Assembly: GCA_020846975.1 (NCBI GenBank)
Contig: JADLCX010000022.1
Coordinates: 30,104 to 94,103 of the forward strand
Origin: Phycisphaerales bacterium
Lineage (GTDB): Bacteria > Planctomycetota > Phycisphaerae > Phycisphaerales > UBA1924
DNA length: 64,000 nt
Reading direction: 5' to 3'
Shown here: positions 60,188-64,000 of the stretch, one piece after another
Numbering within the stretch: the first letter of the stretch is position 1
Layout of the letters: the number at the start of each line of letters is the position of its first letter
The notes under the pieces: generated by a model
What the model was told of the DNA's origin: nothing
The model's input: the letters and a program-made list of their open reading frames with translations, nothing else
The model's database searches: none
Position numbers and translations under genes: made by a program

Positions 60188-60533
60188 CGGGAGGTGCTCC
60201 GGGCGGGATCAACGAGGCGGGGGGCCGCCCAACGTGCAGGTCGATGCGGGAGTCTAACCATTCCGTCAGCGATGGGTGCACGACGATGTGGAAGTTGTGC
60301 TTTTCGATCCGAGGCTGATACGATGCGCTATGCCCCTCTCAAACTGCTTGGATGCGCTGCAGACAGACCCGAGCAGTTTCCGTCCCGATGCCTCGGTCGA
60401 TATGCCCGACTTCGCGGCCGACCTGATCAGCCGCTACTCGGGTGCGGTGCAAATGATTGAAACCCGCCCGGGCTTCGGTTTTCCGACCGCCTCTCCCGGA
60501 ACCCAGGACGCCTCGCCGGACGCGGCCGAGAGC

Positions 60534-62399
60534 ATGTCGTCCCGCGGGCTGCTCGCGGACCAGGCCGACAAGACCACCAGCACCGAGTTCTTCTCGCCGA
60601 TCCCGCCCGGGTACCGCAAGGGCCAGCACAAGTACGTCGCGGTCTTTGGCACCGTGATGAGCGGGCTGGGGAAGGGGATCTTCGCATCGAGCCTGGCCAA
60701 GCTGCTCAAGGACAAGGGGCTGGTTGTCGCGCCGATCAAGTTGGAAGGGTATTTCAACATCGACGCGGGGACGCTCAACCCCTTCCGGCACGGCGAGGTG
60801 TTCGTCCTCGACGACGGCACCGAGTGCGACATGGACCTGGGAACTTACGAGCGCGTGCTCGACCAGAACCTCTCGCGTCGGAACTTCATGACCAGCGGGC
60901 AGGTGTTCAGCACGATCATCGACCGCGAGCGTCACGGGGCCTACCTCGGGCGCGATGTGCAGATGATCCCGCACGTCACCGGAGAGGTGAAGCGGCGCCT
61001 GCGCGAACTGGCGATGAACGGGTCGGAGGGCAAGCCGGCGGACGTGGTGTTTGTGGAGGTCGGGGGGACGGTGGGGGACTACGAGAACGGCTTCTACATC
61101 GAGGCCCTGCGAGAACTCGCGTTCGAGGAGGGGTCCGAGTCGGTCTGCTTCGTCGCCCTCACCTACGTGATCAAGCCGCAGGTGCTCGGCGAGCAGAAGA
61201 GCAAGGCGGCTCAGTTGGGCATCAAGCGGCTCATGGAAGCCGGCGTGCAGCCGCACATCGTCGCCTGCCGCGCCACCGATCCGGTAACCGAGCAGGTCCG
61301 ACAGAAGATCGCCATGTTCTCCAACGTTCCGATGAAGCGGGTCTTCTCGATGCACGACCGGGAGAGCATCTACACCATCCCCGATGACCTTCGCGCGGCG
61401 GGGATCGACCGCGAGATCCTCTCGATGCTCGAGCTTCACGATCGGGCGGATTCGGGGTGCGAGGACCGCGAACGAAAGAGCTGGTCGGGCTTCGTCGATC
61501 TGCTCACGCGCCCGAAGAATCGCGGCGTGACCATCGGCATCACCGGCAAGTACGTCGCGATGCGAGACGCGTACGCGTCGATCGACAAGGCGATCGAGCA
61601 CTGCTCGGCGGCACTGGGGTGCGATGTTGATCTGAAGTGGATCGAAACCACCGATATCGAGGCTCGTACCGTCGCGGACCGGCTCTCCGGGTTGGACGGG
61701 GTGATCGTTCCGGGCGGATTTGGCCGGCGCGGAGTCGAGGGCAAGATCGCGTGCGTGCGTCATTGTCGTGAATCCTCGCTTCCCTACCTCGGCATCTGCC
61801 TGGGCTTTCAGGTCGCGGTCATCGAGTTCGCCCGGCACGTTTGCGGTCTGAAGGACGCTTCGAGCACCGAGTTCGACACTCGCGAGTTTCGCACTCCGCA
61901 CCCGGTGATCAGTGAGTTGCCCGAGCAGAAGAGGATCGAAGGTCTGGGTGGAACGATGCGGCTGGGTGGTCAGGGGGTCGAACTGACGGCCGGGTCGTTG
62001 GCCAGCTTCCTGTACGGCCGCTCTGGAAAACCCGGTGCCGAACCTCCGCGGTTGGTTCGCGAGCGGTTCCGTCACCGTTACGAGGTTGACCCTCGGTACA
62101 TAGAGCGAATGGAGAACGCTGGGATCGTGTTCTCCGGCCGACACCCGGACCAGCCCATCATGCAGGTGCTCGAGCTCCCGGCGCCCGCCGATGCGCCCGC
62201 TGCCGGAGTGCATCACCCGTACTTCATCGCGGCCCAGTTTCACCCCGAACTGACCAGCCGCCCTCTCCACCCGCAGCCCCTGTTCATGGGGCTGGTGGCC
62301 GCGGCGATCCATCGCAGGCTCGGCGAGTCCGCGCTGCGCGAGCCGGAAGTGCGACGCTGGATCCGCAGGGCGCCAAGCTCGGTGCCTCAGACAGTCTGA
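60534..62399 (+). CDS. pyrG: CTP synthase (divergent, N-terminally extended; start uncertain)
   Basis: KYVAVFGTVMSGLGKGI (P-loop region), DLGTYERVLD, glutaminase GICLGFQVAVIEFARHV, HRYEV and FHPE. In-frame alternative starts at 60330, 60402 and 60453. Confidence 0.85.
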   Translation: MSSRGLLADQADKTTSTEFFSPIPPGYRKGQHKYVAVFGTVMSGLGKGIFASSLAKLLKDKGLVVAPIKLEGYFNIDAGTLNPFRHGEVFVLDDGTECDMDLGTYERVLDQNLSRRNFMTSGQVFSTIIDRERHGAYLGRDVQMIPHVTGEVKRRLRELAMNGSEGKPADVVFVEVGGTVGDYENGFYIEALRELAFEEGSESVCFVALTYVIKPQVLGEQKSKAAQLGIKRLMEAGVQPHIVACRATDPVTEQVRQKIAMFSNVPMKRVFSMHDRESIYTIPDDLRAAGIDREILSMLELHDRADSGCEDRERKSWSGFVDLLTRPKNRGVTIGITGKYVAMRDAYASIDKAIEHCSAALGCDVDLKWIETTDIEARTVADRLSGLDGVIVPGGFGRRGVEGKIACVRHCRESSLPYLGICLGFQVAVIEFARHVCGLKDASSTEFDTREFRTPHPVISELPEQKRIEGLGGTMRLGGQGVELTAGSLASFLYGRSGKPGAEPPRLVRERFRHRYEVDPRYIERMENAGIVFSGRHPDQPIMQVLELPAPADAPAAGVHHPYFIAAQFHPELTSRPLHPQPLFMGLVAAAIHRRLGESALREPEVRRWIRRAPSSVPQTV

Positions 62400-63085
62400 A
62401 ACCAGAAGCGGCCGTTTTTCGCACCGGCGTCGAGCAGGGAGAGCTCCGATGCCGCATGGTCGAGGATCAGCGCCGAACGCCGATCGGGACGGCCTCTCGA
62501 CACGATGCACGCGTGCAGTCTGCTCTCGGCTTCCGCGAGCATGGTCGCGCTGTGGCTCACCACACCGTGCACGATGAAGACGTGAATCGCCCACGGCGTC
62601 TGGGTCGCGTTATCGGGCTGGAGTTCCGCGGCGTGCCAGTCGGCCGCTTCGAGGCAGCGCCCGGCGAGGCCCGGCGCGCCTCCGAGCCGTGCGAGCGACC
62701 ACGCCGCGTGCAGACCACAAAGGTCGGTCTCGGTGAGCACCTCGATCGTGGTTGCCGCGACGTGTCGGAGCAACGGTCCAGGCCGGTCGGACTGGTCCGA
62801 GAGAAGGCCAGCCGGCACGGGGCCATCGCTCAAAACCGCCCGCCACAGTTCAAGGTCGGGCGTGGAGGAACCCTGCCCGGTCGCCAGTGGCCGCCGAGGT
62901 GGCTGGTTCCGATGCAGCATCGCTGCCGACACGAGATACGGGTCGATGGTGCGGCGATTCCCTGATTCATCGCGAAATGTCGCCGCCAACTGTTCCGCCG
63001 ATCCGCCACCGCAGAGCATGTCCCGGAGGACGGGCGCCGCCGTATCCCGGAGCAGGGCGGCCCATCCTTCAGCGGTTGCCGGCAC
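62387..63085 (-). CDS. Hypothetical protein, no recognised motif
   Basis: A 232-aa ORF with coding-like composition. Its 3' end overlaps the pyrG 3' end by 13 nt (convergent). Confidence 0.4.
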   Translation of the reverse strand: MPATAEGWAALLRDTAAPVLRDMLCGGGSAEQLAATFRDESGNRRTIDPYLVSAAMLHRNQPPRRPLATGQGSSTPDLELWRAVLSDGPVPAGLLSDQSDRPGPLLRHVAATTIEVLTETDLCGLHAAWSLARLGGAPGLAGRCLEAADWHAAELQPDNATQTPWAIHVFIVHGVVSHSATMLAEAESRLHACIVSRGRPDRRSALILDHAASELSLLDAGAKNGRFWFQTV

Positions 63086-63105
63086 GCGAAATCTCCGGTG
63101 GATAG

Positions 63106-63459
63106 ATGCGCAGTGGCTTGCGAACGGGCGAGGAGGCGCGGTATATTGGTCGTCCGATGTCGCAGCTTGGCTCGCAGACTCGGACCGCGCTCAGCACGAG
63201 GATATGCCTCGATTGCGGGTACGCCGGACCGGAGTTGCAGCGGCGCGACGAGGCGTCCGTGTGGGATTGTCCTTGCTGCGGCGCAGACCTTTACGCGCGG
63301 CGACCGATGAGTTACGCCGAGATGGAAGGCTTGATCCCGACGCGCGCTCTCACGGGCGCGAATCGAGCCCGTGAGGCTGCCACATCGCGGGTGATGGTGG
63401 ATCGGGCTCGATCGGGGCTGTGGCGGCGGTTCTTGTCGCGGCTCGGGCTTCGGCGTTGA
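63106..63459 (+). CDS. Small zinc-ribbon protein (hypothetical)
   Basis: CLDC ... CPCC pairs (ICLDCGYAGPELQRRDEASVWDCPCCGADLY). Possible internal start at ATG 63157, preceded by an AT-rich TATATT hexamer (63142-63147). Confidence 0.45.
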   Translation: MRSGLRTGEEARYIGRPMSQLGSQTRTALSTRICLDCGYAGPELQRRDEASVWDCPCCGADLYARRPMSYAEMEGLIPTRALTGANRAREAATSRVMVDRARSGLWRRFLSRLGLRR

Positions 63460-63547
63460 GTGAACGGACCGAGAACATCCGCCGCCTTGAACCTGCACCG
63501 TGTGCGACGGCAGTTTGGTGCCCGGCCGATGCGTCTCCTCCGTGGCG

Positions 63548-64000
63548 ATGAATCGACCCGCCGATCCGCTCGATGTCTTCACCGGTGCTGCTCGCGACCG
63601 GCTAGGCCGGTCGGTCGGCACCTTCGGAGGCACGATGGCTTCAACCGCGCTGCGAACGCTTGCGAACCGCTCGCCGGACCGGCCGTTGGGGACGGTGGGG
63701 GGAAGCGGGGGGGGATGGCCGAGCGACCCGACCCGCGATGCGATGCCCTCGACATCACCCTCTGCCGCTTCCGCGACGACCCCCCGGTGCGGCCCCGGCG
63801 CCTGCGCGTTCCGGGCGGAACTGGATCTGGCGGAAATCGACACGCGCGGCCGTCCGGGGACGACATGGACCGGGCGGGCCAGCGAACTCAGCCGGTCACA
63901 ACTGGTCTTCCGCTCACGGCGCATGTGCTACGAAGGGCGCGAGGTGGTGATCGCGGTGCACCTGGTCGATGACCGCCCGGTGCCGCTCTACGGCATGATC
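63548..64000 (+). CDS. Hypothetical protein, 3'-partial (runs off the window); C-terminal part resembles a degenerate PilZ-like beta region
   Basis: A frame not listed in the ORF track is open from 63491 to the window end. GC3 is high from about 63812 onward (AELDLAEIDTRGRPGTTWTGRASELSRSQLVFRSRRMCYEGREVVIAVHLVDDRPVPLYGMI). The start is very uncertain. Confidence 0.35.
   Translation, partial: MNRPADPLDVFTGAARDRLGRSVGTFGGTMASTALRTLANRSPDRPLGTVGGSGGGWPSDPTRDAMPSTSPSAASATTPRCGPGACAFRAELDLAEIDTRGRPGTTWTGRASELSRSQLVFRSRRMCYEGREVVIAVHLVDDRPVPLYGMI

Overview
This is a high-GC bacterial chromosomal segment (G+C judged by eye, not computed). Its protein repertoire suggests a Planctomycetota/PVC-type organism; this is an inference. 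The supporting features are Tat-signal Gfo/Idh/MocA oxidoreductases, a PEP-CTERM protein, DUF58/transglutaminase/BatA-type VWA proteins, a PSCyt-like CxxCH protein and a giant LptD-like protein.

I can support about 54 CDS, and most are housekeeping or metabolic. They include:
- a POT transporter (5' partial);
- a crotonase x3 / HMG-CoA lyase cluster;
- argJ and an LptD-like protein;
- pgk;
- an Fo-plus-delta ATP synthase block (atpZ-like, atpI-like, atpB, atpE, atpF, atpH);
- a PilZ / transglutaminase / DUF58 group;
- a PhoD-like phosphatase;
- a sugar-oxidation/xylose cluster (3 Gfo/Idh/MocA, ApbE, 2 xylose-isomerase-fold proteins, an FGGY kinase, an agmatinase-family enzyme);
- rlmE, alaS, def, kdsB, two tandem M1 aminopeptidases and pyrG.

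Genes from about 15762 to 33195 all lie on the minus strand, with several 4-nt start/stop overlaps. I saw no rRNA, tRNA, CRISPR array, transposase, integrase or recognisable defence or mobile module.

I do not see a clear-cut novel multi-gene system. The best candidates for a second look are:
1. a 10-unit, 21-bp tandem repeat array built around a TGAC-N4-GTCA palindrome, plus an exact 29-bp duplication and G-tracts, in the alaS / orphan-gene divergent intergenic region (50678-51175);
2. a co-directional module of two Tat-exported Gfo/Idh/MocA oxidoreductases, a signal-less ApbE flavin transferase and a membrane CxxCH protein (28856-33195);
3. His-rich tails and signal-like extensions on ATP synthase stator and rotor subunits;
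4. two ~110-nt k-mer-built palindromes downstream of plus-strand genes;
5. a multiply frameshifted subtilase remnant.

Start codons were chosen by motif position and frame arithmetic only, so many could be off by tens of nucleotides.
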